From NCBI RefSeq assembly GCF_026571515.1, contig NW_026857798.1:1-64000 (forward strand): a stretch of DNA of 64,000 nucleotides, in the 5' to 3' direction. Of the stretch, positions 51,294-62,701 are shown one piece after another. The DNA comes from Ruditapes philippinarum. Lineage: Eukaryota. A model generated the notes under the pieces. That model was given only the letters and a program-made list of their open reading frames with translations. It was not told the origin of the DNA and did not search any database. Position numbers and translations under genes: made by a program. Numbering within the stretch: the stretch's first letter is position 1; every line of letters starts with the position of its first letter.

Positions 51294-52396
51294 CCCATTG
51301 GACCTTGACCTTTGACCCTGCGAACCAAAAATCAAAAGAGGTCATTTTCTGTCCAAGACAAATGTTTCTATTAAGTATGATCGTCAAGGTCTCATTGGTT
51401 GTTACTGATCAAAAACTGTTTTGACATTCAAGGTAATAACTAATAATCAATAGAACATCCTACATGAATGCAAAATATGTTTCTGATAACTAACATGTAC
51501 TCAGAGTCAGTTAAATAAACCAGTTTTTTTTAATAATCTCGAATTATTTTACAGAAAAACCCAGTATTATCAGAAGATAAACGTTGAACGCTAACGCCCC
51601 ATCCCTATCCCCCAATCTACAAGTACTGGTGGCATTAAAGCTTTTAATAATTACATATCATGACATCAACTTTCATCACATTTAAAACAAGTCAAAAATA
51701 TGAAATGAAAAATATATACCGGTATATATACTGTATCTTCATAGTTCACAGTACTTAACGCTTTGAAACAAGAATGAACTCTCTGTACAAAAAATGTCAT
51801 ATGTACAAAAAATGTCATAATCTATAACATTTACATTCTTTTGCTGTATGACAAAAGGTAACAAAAACATATTAAATCAAAATCAGATTTAATGATCAAA
51901 ACAAAGATCATAGGTCGGCAGTTCTGAAAACAATATATCATCATTTAAATCGCAACATATGGTGTTACACCTTATTTTTCATGTTTCAGTAAAAATTACT
52001 AACTGATTTATTGCTGAATTTCAAATTTAAATTAAAGCTATCTTTACTTTGAAACTCACAAGAAAATGTTAAATGTTTCATATGTATGTTCACATTTTAA
52101 TGGACTACTGTCACGGTGGCTTTTTGCAGAAATAAGTAAAAAGTTGTTTTATGCTAAAGATTACAGATTAAAAATATTTTGCGCAAAAACTTTAATGTTT
52201 AGGTGAATGACTAAATGATGTGAAATAACTGATGCTGAGTATAATTGCTTGAATATTTTTCCAACCAAATTTTATCCACAAAAAGGTCATATGAGAAATC
52301 AACTAGACTTTGCCATTATTTCAAATCATCTTTAAATCTCTAGTATGACAAATTACAATATGACAAACATGCAATACATAGTTATCTATTATAATA

Positions 52397-52414
52397 CATT
52401 TTAGGTAAAATATG
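52397..52414 (+). promoter_or_regulatory. Probable 3' splice acceptor 7 nt before the ATG, conserved in all five TRIM-like copies
   Basis: cattttag|gtaaaatATG here; cattttag|gtaaaacATG (A), gtaaaatATG (B), gttaaacATG (C), gtgaaacATG (E). Confidence 0.55.
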
Positions 52415-54163
52415 GCAGTCCCAGGAAAGAAAGCATCAAAACAATTTTCATCATCAACAACATCCATGGCATCAGATGAAGATCTTCAAATTCATTGCCA
52501 GCCTTGTGACGAGGAAGGAACTAGACATTCTGCTCATGGTTACTGTACTGACTGCAAGGAACACCTTTGCAAGACATGTTTTAAAGCACATAAGATAAAC
52601 AAGTTTACCAAAAAGCATACACTTCTGAATGCAACAAGTATGCCTAAAGTTTTGCAACAGCCCTCAACATCTATTCACACATGCCTGATAGATGATTTGA
52701 TCTCACTATGTCATAAACATCCAAAAGAAATTATCAAGTTCTACTGCAATGATCATACAGAATTTCTCTGTGGTGTTTGTGTTACCCTTGAGCATCAAGC
52801 TACTTTCTGCAAAGTCAACTATATACCAGAAATTTCTATTGATATAATAGACAGCAAAGAATATCAAGTTATCATGAATGCAGTAAAGACCACTTCTGAC
52901 AAATTTCAACAGATATTAAAAGATGTCAAGAACATGACATACAAATCAAACAGCTCTCTCAAAGATGCATTAGTTGACATTAAAAAGTTTCGACAAGAAA
53001 TCAACCAAAGACTAGATGAACTGGAGAGACAGGCTGAAGATGCAGCTAAAGTCATAGAACAAGAAAACAACACACATCTAAAATCAGTAGAAACAACATG
53101 TGAAGAAGTTACCAAATCTCTGAAGGTATCATCAGACAAAATCAAACAACTCAACGAAACAAAACAAGCTGACAAACTTGTAATTGATTTAAAACTTGCA
53201 GAGAAAGCAATCAAAGATATGGAAGGAAAACTACAAACACTGTCATCATTCAATATTAAAGAGCACAACTTTAAATCAAATGATGTTATATTAAATTTGG
53301 TTAAAACAGAGAAGTCACTGGGTACATTGATAAAGAAAATTTTAAATACAGAATGTCAACCTGTACAAATAAAGTCTAGACAACCTTCACATGAGGGAGA
53401 AATCTGTGTGAAGACATCAAAAGATGAATCAAGCTGCTATATAACAGGAATGATTCTGGTGACTCCTGATCTTCTTATCATCACTGACTGCAATAACAAA
53501 GCTGTAAAGATGGTGGGCACCAGCAGTCAATCTGTGTCTGATCAACTACAACTAGATGATGAACCAGAGGATATCACTAGAGTAACCAGTACTGAACTTG
53601 CTGTCACAATTCCTTCAAAACAAACAATACAATATATATCAATCTCATCAAACAAACTCATAAATAGGCATGCAGTGAAGGTTGGTGGAGAATGTCATGG
53701 CATAAGCTGTTACCAAGGTAAATTTGTTGTGTTATTCCTTTATCCTACAAAACTTCAGATCCTTGATATGAATGGCACTATACTGACAACAATTGATGGA
53801 AAAAATATTTTCGAAGATGCATGGCATATCACATGTAACAGAAGTTCTATCTATGTATCTGACGATGCCATGAAGACGATAACAGAATTAAACTGGCAGA
53901 GTGAAGCAATTGCTATTTATTGTGGTATGAGTTTCCCTACAGGAATGTCACTGTCAGATGATGGTACTGTCTTTGTGTGTGACAATGGAAACTGTGTTAT
54001 AAAAGAGATGTCAGGAGACTGTTCTACAGGAAAGGTGGTGTTGCAGGATCTGGATGGACCATGGGCTGTATGTTGGTGTGGAGAAACAAAGAAGCTGTAT
54101 TATAGCTGCAATGCTTTGGATGAGAAATATAGCAACTTCCTTCAAATCCATAACCTGTCATAG
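52412..54163 (+). CDS. TRIM-like paralog D, intact: B-box1, B-box2, coiled coil, NHL-type beta-propeller; no RING in this ORF
   Basis: 583-aa ORF collinear with paralog C along its whole length, with the same Cys/His ligands. Confidence 0.9.
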   Translation: MAVPGKKASKQFSSSTTSMASDEDLQIHCQPCDEEGTRHSAHGYCTDCKEHLCKTCFKAHKINKFTKKHTLLNATSMPKVLQQPSTSIHTCLIDDLISLCHKHPKEIIKFYCNDHTEFLCGVCVTLEHQATFCKVNYIPEISIDIIDSKEYQVIMNAVKTTSDKFQQILKDVKNMTYKSNSSLKDALVDIKKFRQEINQRLDELERQAEDAAKVIEQENNTHLKSVETTCEEVTKSLKVSSDKIKQLNETKQADKLVIDLKLAEKAIKDMEGKLQTLSSFNIKEHNFKSNDVILNLVKTEKSLGTLIKKILNTECQPVQIKSRQPSHEGEICVKTSKDESSCYITGMILVTPDLLIITDCNNKAVKMVGTSSQSVSDQLQLDDEPEDITRVTSTELAVTIPSKQTIQYISISSNKLINRHAVKVGGECHGISCYQGKFVVLFLYPTKLQILDMNGTILTTIDGKNIFEDAWHITCNRSSIYVSDDAMKTITELNWQSEAIAIYCGMSFPTGMSLSDDGTVFVCDNGNCVIKEMSGDCSTGKVVLQDLDGPWAVCWCGETKKLYYSCNALDEKYSNFLQIHNLS

Positions 54164-55982
54164 ACTTAAACAGAGACTTAGTTGATTTAACAATGTCAAC
54201 AGTTCTTAAATTTATCATTCATTCTTCTAACACTGGTCTTAAAGTGAAAGCATGATGAAAACTTAGCAAGACACTTTCATGCTAGATTTTTTTTTATTTA
54301 ATTTCTATATGTTTAGTCGAATCTTTGAAAACTTAGCAAGATACTTTTATGTCAGAACTTTTTTTTCATCTTTAAATGTTTAGTAAAATCTTATGTTATG
54401 AAGAAGAATGATTTGTGGCTTTCTTATAAATGGTTTGGTGAGAAACTAGGAAACTTCTAGGGTAATGCTGAGAATACACTGAATAACAAAGGAACCTCAT
54501 GCTCATGTAGTGATAAATTTTGTCTGATAAAGGATAATGACCAATATCTATACGTTATATTCTAAGTTAAGAAGGGACATAACTCCTAAAAATATTGCCT
54601 TCAGGATAATGCCCCCTGTTTGATAAGGGCAATGATTATCAATGACCGATGTTTATAAATACTTTATGTTAAAAAGGGTCATAACTCCTTAAAATATTTC
54701 TTTCTGGATAAGATTTATGTTGATTTTTTTATAGCCTTTAAATCATTCTAACTTAATAAGCAACTTTGACAAAAGTTAAAAAGGGGAATAACTGCCAAAA
54801 TGTAGCTTTGAGTATAAAATCTTTCTTATAATGCCTAGTCTATTAACTGTATATTGATGACAAGTTGACAACATTGTGCATCGATCACAATACTTCTCTT
54901 TTTTTCAAAACAGACACACTAAAATGACAACTTTGTATCCATTTATAAACTGACTGTAATAGGTTGCATCTATTATAACATTTAAAACTAAGATTAAAAA
55001 TTTTCTTTATTTTTATTTTACATAACAATATGATTCATCTGGTGAGTTTTCTTTTCTTTTGTTATTATCAAATGCACTTAATATTTTATGTTACCTGTCC
55101 TGTTTCTACTAATATTGTGTACTATAAGCATTTGTAACATTTTAAAATTATTCAGATTGCATCAATAAATGTCAGTATAAACTGCTTATTGTTGTAAAAA
55201 ATAAGTTGATACATGGTATATGATATATGGAAGAGATACTAGGAGGCTGCTCTACAAAAAAGTGATGTTGCAGATATGTCATGTTTTCCCTGATCTTAAT
55301 GTTTATTTTATATTTTGAAGAAGCTGTAGACATTTAAGTGGTAAAAATTAAGCAAAATTTGGTCATTTCTATAAATTGACAAGACTTAGGCAGAATGGTA
55401 GCTGTAAAATATTGCCCCAGACTCCAGTGTTTTTATATTTTTCTGGTCCTTCAGGATCATTGATGCCAGCATTATTAAGTGTTAAGAATTGAGTACGGCT
55501 CAAGCCGGTGCTAGGGGGCGTGAGAAATATTGCACTTATTCATCCTTCATGTACAGACTCAATCAAACCGAGTCTGCAATTCTTTTAATTTTGTTGTGAT
55601 TAATGATTCCGAGGGATCACTTTGTTTCCAGATTTTAACCCATTTTCAAATAATGCCAAAAGTGTATGATAAATAATAAATTTAGTTTAATTTGAAAACA
55701 TTTAAACATTCATGATCCTGACTATAAAATAAAATATAAAATATAAATACATGCTTTTAAACTGATACGAGTACATTTTCTCCTCATGACCATGTTGAAA
55801 GTGAAATATACATTGTATAAATAATCAGACATGCCTCAATACATTGTATAATAGATCTACCTATCTGACTTTTGTCCAACAGGTTTTATTAAGATAGCAA
55901 TATGAGGTTCATGAACAAGTGCCTGTTTGTGTTCTACAAAAAAATGTGATTTTCAATATACAGTCAAACTTGTCACCAAAGA

Positions 55983-56565
55983 TCAACAACGGGTGAAAAA
56001 TGTCCATCGGTAAAAATGTTGTGAGCAACTTCCGTTCCTCGTTGTGAGCACCCATCTTTGACGTGTGACACGATAAACAAGGTGACTTTTTCATAATTTT
56101 TGAAATATTCATAAACGAGGTTATGGTGCTCACAACGAGGATTAAAGCAAAAAAGAGTATATCTTCGTTTCTACGAAGACTTTCAGATAATAACTTACGC
56201 TGAAGACTTGTGGGCATCTGTTTTAGGTTAGAATGCACAAAACGTCACCAGAATCGACGTTTTCAATGTTAAATTAGGTCCAAAGAGAAGTTGTCTCCAG
56301 TTTTCCAGCTACCCCGAGTGACTGCGTCGCACGGTATTTCCATCAAATTGTCCACCAACAGGCAATATCTTTACATGCGCATACTCGGAAAACACATCGC
56401 TAGCTAACTGCATTCCGATATTTTTACATAAATGTCTGTAATCTTCAAAAATTATGAAAAACTCACCTTGTTTATCGTGTCTTTCGTCATAGATGGGTGC
56501 TCACAACGAGGAACGGAAGTTGCTCACAACATTTTTACCGATGGACATTTTTCACTCGTTGTGAG
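55983..56565. mobile_element. MITE with ~120-bp terminal inverted repeats
   Basis: gtgaaaaatgtccatcggtaaaaatgttgtgagcaacttccgttcctcgttgtgagcacccatct is mirrored near-perfectly at 56490-56560. Confidence 0.85.
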
Positions 56566-57986
56566 TTAAACGGGCGTGAATATTTTTATTTAATTACTCA
56601 ATGCCTACAAAAATGACTCTATTATAAAGGCAACAACATTATGACATTATTTTGCATTTTTAACAAAAAGGAAGTTAAATATACATATATTTTGATATAC
56701 AAAGTCATGGTATTGAAAAACTTCTGGACTGGGTTGTTTTGCATGCCTTTTAATTATATTTATGTTTGTAATAAGACCTTTTCGTGGACAGAGCCCTCCA
56801 CTTTTCTCATTGCTTTTTAATAAAGTTCAATAAAATCACAAATCACACAATTGAAAAGAAAGGATATTATTCTGCAAATGTGATTAGCAAACTTACCTGC
56901 CGTTGATAGTCTACAAGAGCTTTAAATTGAATACATGTACTTTTTTAGGTTTAAAATAATTTTAGGATTATCTACCCTTTTTAAGTGGTATCCTTTTATG
57001 ACAAGAAACGAATGCCAGCCAATTATCATGTGACCAGGTTATTGTGACTTTGACCTTTGACTTATGACCTAGTGACCATTATATCAATAGGGTTTATCTA
57101 CTGGCCATAAATTGTCACTAGGTTATTGTGACCTTAAAGCCGTATACCTCCAGAACAGCCAAAAAATTTCAAGAAATTAAACTTCATAATCTTGAAAAAT
57201 TGTATAATTGTAGATTTTAAGAAAAGTAAAACTATTAAGACTCAATACACATAAAACATGTTTGCCCTACAACCCCTATGCCCGGCCAATTAGTGATCAG
57301 GTCATTGTGACTTTGACTATTGACCTAGTGACCCCAAAATCGATACAGTTTATCTCCTGACTAGTCACTAGGGTATTGTGACCTTAAAGCCTTATTCTTC
57401 CAGATGAGCCAAAATATTTCAAGAAAATTAAACTTTAGAAATTGTACTTAGATTTTAAGAAAAGTAAAAAAATTAACATTAAAGTAATAATTTACATTTT
57501 GTGTGCTATTAATCATTGATGTTGCAGTATTTATGACCATATCTCTACTGAGTTACTTATGCAATAAGGACTATTTTTGCTTATTTCAACCACTTTTTTG
57601 TTAATTTGCATGGATTGCATGTGCTGTTTTCAATGTGTAAAGTATATTCCATGCTCACTTCAAAATATTTTACTTTTAAATGTGTTTTTATAATTTTCAA
57701 AAAATAAGCATGATCTGAAGGCATGCTGCTTTAAAGGTTGTGTGACAAAATTATCACAAATCGTACTGAATAATATATACAAGAAAAATGTTTGTGCAAC
57801 ATGTAATATGCCTCCCTTAATAAAAATTTAATGTACTCCTTTGCAATTTTAAATGTGCATCATAAACTGTGAGTTCAATATCAACAAATGACGCTTTAAT
57901 CAACCATTTATTTAAGAATATCTTTTCTGGTTTTACTGTGACTTTTCAAACTGCATGATCACACAATGATGATCCCAGAAATAGGT

Positions 57987-58201
57987 TTTGTTTGTTTGTT
58001 TCATTTTACGCCTTTTCCCAACAGTATTTCAGTCTTATAGGCAGGTAGTTTCCTAACCTCGTTCCTGGAGAGTTACACCAGTACTAGACTACCTTCCTCC
58101 GCGCTAAACTACCAAAGCATCTCCCGGGGATCGAACCCACGCCAGAGAGGTAACTGGATCAGACGTCATCGACTCTAACCACTTGACCACGGAGGCGGTT
58201 T
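57987..58201 (-). mobile_element. tRNA-derived SINE
   Basis: A box tggtcaagtgg, B box ggttcgatcc, (AAAC)n tail; 11-bp TSD CAGAAATAGGT at 57976-57986 and 58202-58212; empty paralogous site near 13030-13050. Confidence 0.85.
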
Positions 58202-59229
58202 CAGAAATAGGTGCCATGGTAGGTACAGTTGTTGTACTGGCAAAGACAGGACAGATATATCAGCAGTTTGATAGACGAAGGTCCCATGGCTTGTAAAGTT
58301 ATAAGTGGTACACCAAGGGTCCATTGATTGTCATGAATATCACCAATTTAACATAACGGCAGCGTAACAGTTGACAGTGGAGTGTTTTTGCCAGGGTACT
58401 TGTTTTACAAACAATATATGTTAACTGTTAAACTGTTGTTGTAAACTTCATATTGTAAAATATTAATTAAGCCTATTCTGGACTTCTGAAGTAACATAGA
58501 TTACAAGGTATAGACCACTACACCACAATACACCATCTCTGTTCGATATTCTAATCTTTTATCTTATTATTTTGATGTAATTTATTATAAAGTTTATGTT
58601 TAAAATGTTTTTATTGCTCTGGTTTCATAAAGTAAGGATGCAGTAATTAACTTACAGTTAATTGAGTAATGTATAATGCTATTTGCTTCTTGGCTAACTT
58701 AATATTGTACTTTGTATGATATTTAACTATAATATCTCTTTGATATCTTGTATATTTGATATCATTGATATCAAAAGGTTAACAATTTTTGTTTGACTAT
58801 TGTTTCAGATTGATACAGTCTTATATGGTATTGTACAGTTTTACACAGTGGTATACAGACCTGTGTGTAGATATTTGTATATATATATGTCTTTGAGTGG
58901 ACCCACTGGTAAAATAAAGCAGTGAATACATAAACCATATGAAGCATTGGTTTTATGTAAACCCGCAATCTGCTAGATATTATAACCCTGAAATAATGCA
59001 AGGAAAAGCACCTGAGGTCTTCCTCAACCAGTAAAGCTTTAACGTCGCCATATGACCTATACTAGATACTAGATATCATAACATCAACAATCATCACCAA
59101 TAAAACAAAGCAAATTCGTTGAATTTATATCCCCGCCGATTACTGGTTATTACTAACACAACAACTGAAGACATAAGGCTTTATTTATATATATTTATCA
59201 TGGTGTTAACAGTACTATTCTTTGTACAT

Positions 59230-60812
59230 GAAAAATATTCAGGGCAATAACAGAGCCATAACTCTTTGTTAAATAGTTATATTTGGACATGCCAATGAGA
59301 TGTTAATTGTCTTTTTGTATCGATGGTTTCCATACAGTTTTGTTGAAAATCAATACAGAGGTTGCAAAGAAATAACAATATTGCTCTATATGCATACTAC
59401 ATAAATCAAGGGCCATATCTCTGTAATGAAGGGTCTGGTCAGAACAAGGCAGCAGATTATGCACATCTCCTTATAGTATTAATGGTTCCCATAAAGTTTA
59501 ATTGAATTCCAGCCAGTAGTTGCAGAGAAGTAGCAGGGAAACAATTATTGCTCTATATGCATACTGCATAACTACTCAAGGGCCATAACTCTGAGTTAAA
59601 GTGTCTGATTTGAACAAGGAGAAAATATGCGCATTCCCTCTTGGTATTGAAGGTTCCCATAAAGTTTCGTTGAGTTCCAGCCAGTACTTGCAGAGATGTA
59701 GCGCGGAAATGAGTTTTACTCTATAAGCATAATCATTATATGAATAACTTATTCAGGGCTATAAGACTGAGTTAAAAGGTCTGACTGGAACAAACCGACG
59801 TGTGCACATCTCCTCTTGATATTGATGATTCTCATTAAGTTTCGTTGAATTCCAGCCAAAAGTTGCAGAGAAGAAGCGTGGAAACGATTATTGCTCTATA
59901 TACATACTGCATAACTAATCAAGGACCATAATTCTGAGTTGACCGGAACAAGCCACCGATATGCGGATCTCCCCTTGGTATTGAAGGTTCCCATAAAGTT
60001 TCGTTGAATTCCAGACAGTTGTTGCAGAGAAGTAGCGCAGAAACGATTATTGTTCTATATGTTTACTGCATAACTAATCAAGGGCCATAACTCTGAGTTA
60101 AAGTGTCTGACCGGAACAAGACGATAATGTGCGCATCTCCTCATGGTATTGAAGGTTCTCAATTCCAGCCAGAGGTAACAGAGAAGTAGCGCGGAAACGA
60201 TTTTTGCTCTTTACACATAATGCATAACTAATCAAGGGCCATAACTCAGAGTTAAAGTGTCTGACCGGAACAAGGCGTCGATATGCGCATCTACTCTTGG
60301 TATTGAAGGTTCAAATAGAGTTTCGTTGAATTCCAGCCAGTAGTTGCAGAGAGGTAGCGCGGAAACGATTTTGCTCTATACGCATTTTAATGCATAACTA
60401 TTCAAGGGCCATAACTCTGAGTTAAAGAGTCTGACTGGAACAAGCCGGCAATATGCACACCTCCTATTGATATTGATGATTCCCATAAAGTGTTGTTGAA
60501 TTCCAGCCAGTTGTTGCAGAGAACTAGGGAGGAAACGAAATATTCGGACGGACGGACGGAAGGACGGACGTTCTCACAGGACAATCATTATGTGGTTACT
60601 CTATTGTTCTTTATATTGTTCTTTTAGCAACATAAAAGAAAATAGCCATATAAAAGCATTACGGAATAATTGGCATCAAAGAGAAAGAACAGTTACCTTT
60701 TCTCCCTCTAGCTCCCTCATAATTACTGTCCTGTGAGTGCCGACAGACGGACGGACGGAAAGCGCTAAAACAATATACCCCCCCCCCCAATTCCATCGAT
60801 GGGGGATAACAA
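59230..60812 (+). mobile_element. HINE-like element with about eight ~155-175 bp units, upstream of paralog E
   Basis: aatcaagggccataactctgagttaaag units at ~59404, 59575, 59750, 59917, 60077, 60231, 60401; (GACG)n; cccc...gggggataacaa terminus. 5' boundary uncertain. Confidence 0.8.
60573..60737. mobile_element. 165-bp MITE inside the (GACG)n microsatellite
   Basis: Imperfect ~20-bp TIR ctcacaggacaatcattatg / cataattactgtcctgtgag. Confidence 0.7.
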
Positions 60813-60995
60813 GTCAAATATAAGAAATGAACAATGTACATGTACTTTTACATTTTCCCCAACATAACTTTTAACCACAAAAAAGTCATGAAAACAAGTA
60901 ACCAGACTTTACTTTTGTTTCAAATCATCTATGAATCTCAAGTTTCATGTATTCACTAAAGGACATTGAAAACATTCATTACATTGTAATCTATA

Positions 60996-61203
60996 GATAT
61001 TATCCAGAACTCAGCAAACATGGGTTTTTCCAATTAATCCATCCGTTGGTACAAACAAACTTTTACCGTTATAGCTTCAAAGTACACTACCTTTCACAAT
61101 AGCTTAGTCAGCTAACTTTCGAAGCTGTAACTGTAAAAATTGGTTTCTACCTATGGATTAGCTAGGGAAAAGTCATTTTTTCTTAATTCAGAAAATAGTC
61201 TTT
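60996..61203. mobile_element. Degenerate palindromic MITE ~25 bp upstream of the paralog E start
   Basis: Arms such as ttttaccgttatagcttcaaag / ctttcgaagctgtaactgtaaaa; absent at the same site in paralogs C and D. Confidence 0.65.
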
Positions 61204-61225
61204 TATAATACATTTTAGGTGAAAC

Positions 61226-62701
61226 ATGGCAGTCCCAGGAAAGAAAGCATCAAAACAAGTTTTATCATCAACAACATCCAGGTCAGATGAATTGACCTTG
61301 CCGTGTCGTAAACATTCAAAAGAAATGACAAAGTTCTACTGCAATGACCATAAAGAACTTCTCTGCAGGGTTTGTGTTACCCTTGAACATCAAGCTACTT
61401 CCTGTAATGTCAACTATATACCAGACATTTCTGGTGATATATTAGAGAGCAAAGAATATCAAGTAATCTTGAATGTAGTAAAGACCACTTCTGACAAATT
61501 TCAGCCGATATTAAAAGATGTCAAGGACATGAAACACAAATCAAACAGTTCTCTCAAAGATGCATTAGTTGACATTAAAAAGTTTCGGCAAGAAATCAAC
61601 AAAAGACTAGATGTACTTGAGAGACAGGCTGAAGATGCAGCTAAAGTCATAAAAAAAGAAAACAAAAAACATCTGAAAGCAGTAGAAGAAATATGTGAAG
61701 ATATAACCAAATCTTTGAAGAAATCATCTAATAACATCAAACAACTTAACAGAAAGAAACATGCTGATAATCTATTCATTGATTTAAAACTTGCTAAGAA
61801 AACAATCAAAGATATGGAGGGAAAACTATTAAAACTGTCACAATTCTATATCAAAGAGCACAACTTTCAATCAAATGATGTAATATTAAATTTGATTAAA
61901 ACAGAAAAGTCACTGGGTATATTGACAATGAAAACTTTAAATACAGAATGTCAATCTGTACAAATAAAGTCTAGAAAATCTTCACATGAGGGAGAAATCT
62001 GTGTGAAGACATCAAAAGATAAAATAACATGCAGGATAACAGGAATTACTCTGCTGACTCCTGATCTTCTTATCATCACAGACTACTTTAACAATGCTGT
62101 CAAGATGGTGGATACCAGCAGTCAATCTGTGTCTGATCAACTACAACTAGATGGTGGACCATGGGATATCACAAGATTAACCAGTACTGAACTTGCTGTC
62201 ACAATTCCTTTAAAACAAACAATACAATTTATATCAATCTCATCAAACAAACTCATAAAGAAACACACTATGAAGGTTGGTGGAGAATGTCTTGGTATGA
62301 GCTGTTACCAAGGTAAACTTGTTGTGTCACTACGTTCTCCTGCAAAACTTCAGATCCTTGATACGAATGGCATTATGCTGACAACAATTGATGGAAAAAA
62401 TATTTTCAAATATCCATATAATATCACATGTAACAGAAGTTCAATCTATGTCTCTGACTGTGACATGAAGGCAATAACAAAATTAAACTGGCAAGGTTTA
62501 GTGATAGGTTGTTATAGTGGTATGAGTTATCATACAGGAATGTCACTGTCAGATGATGGCACTGTCTTTGTGTGTGATAATGGAAGCTGTGTTATAGAAG
62601 AGATATCAGGAGACCATTGTACAGGAAAGGTGGTGCTGCAGGATCTGAAGAGACCATTAGCTGTTTGTTGGTGTGGAAAAAACAAAGAAACTGTATTATA
62701 G
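61226..62701 (+). CDS. TRIM-like paralog E: B-box1 deleted, C-terminal frameshift (possibly a young pseudogene)
   Basis: 491-aa ORF. SSTTS is joined to RSDELTLPCRKH (B-box 2). An extra A in ggaaaaaac near 62680 (ggaaaaac in paralog C) shifts the frame; the ancestral end CYALGEKYGNFLHICYLS* is still readable to TAG 62757-62759. Confidence 0.8.
   Translation: MAVPGKKASKQVLSSTTSRSDELTLPCRKHSKEMTKFYCNDHKELLCRVCVTLEHQATSCNVNYIPDISGDILESKEYQVILNVVKTTSDKFQPILKDVKDMKHKSNSSLKDALVDIKKFRQEINKRLDVLERQAEDAAKVIKKENKKHLKAVEEICEDITKSLKKSSNNIKQLNRKKHADNLFIDLKLAKKTIKDMEGKLLKLSQFYIKEHNFQSNDVILNLIKTEKSLGILTMKTLNTECQSVQIKSRKSSHEGEICVKTSKDKITCRITGITLLTPDLLIITDYFNNAVKMVDTSSQSVSDQLQLDGGPWDITRLTSTELAVTIPLKQTIQFISISSNKLIKKHTMKVGGECLGMSCYQGKLVVSLRSPAKLQILDTNGIMLTTIDGKNIFKYPYNITCNRSSIYVSDCDMKAITKLNWQGLVIGCYSGMSYHTGMSLSDDGTVFVCDNGSCVIEEISGDHCTGKVVLQDLKRPLAVCWCGKNKETVL

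Noticed and set aside
58120-58200. tRNA gene
   Set aside because: A/B boxes are present, but it continues into a SINE body with (AAAC)n tail and TSD; no convincing cloverleaf.
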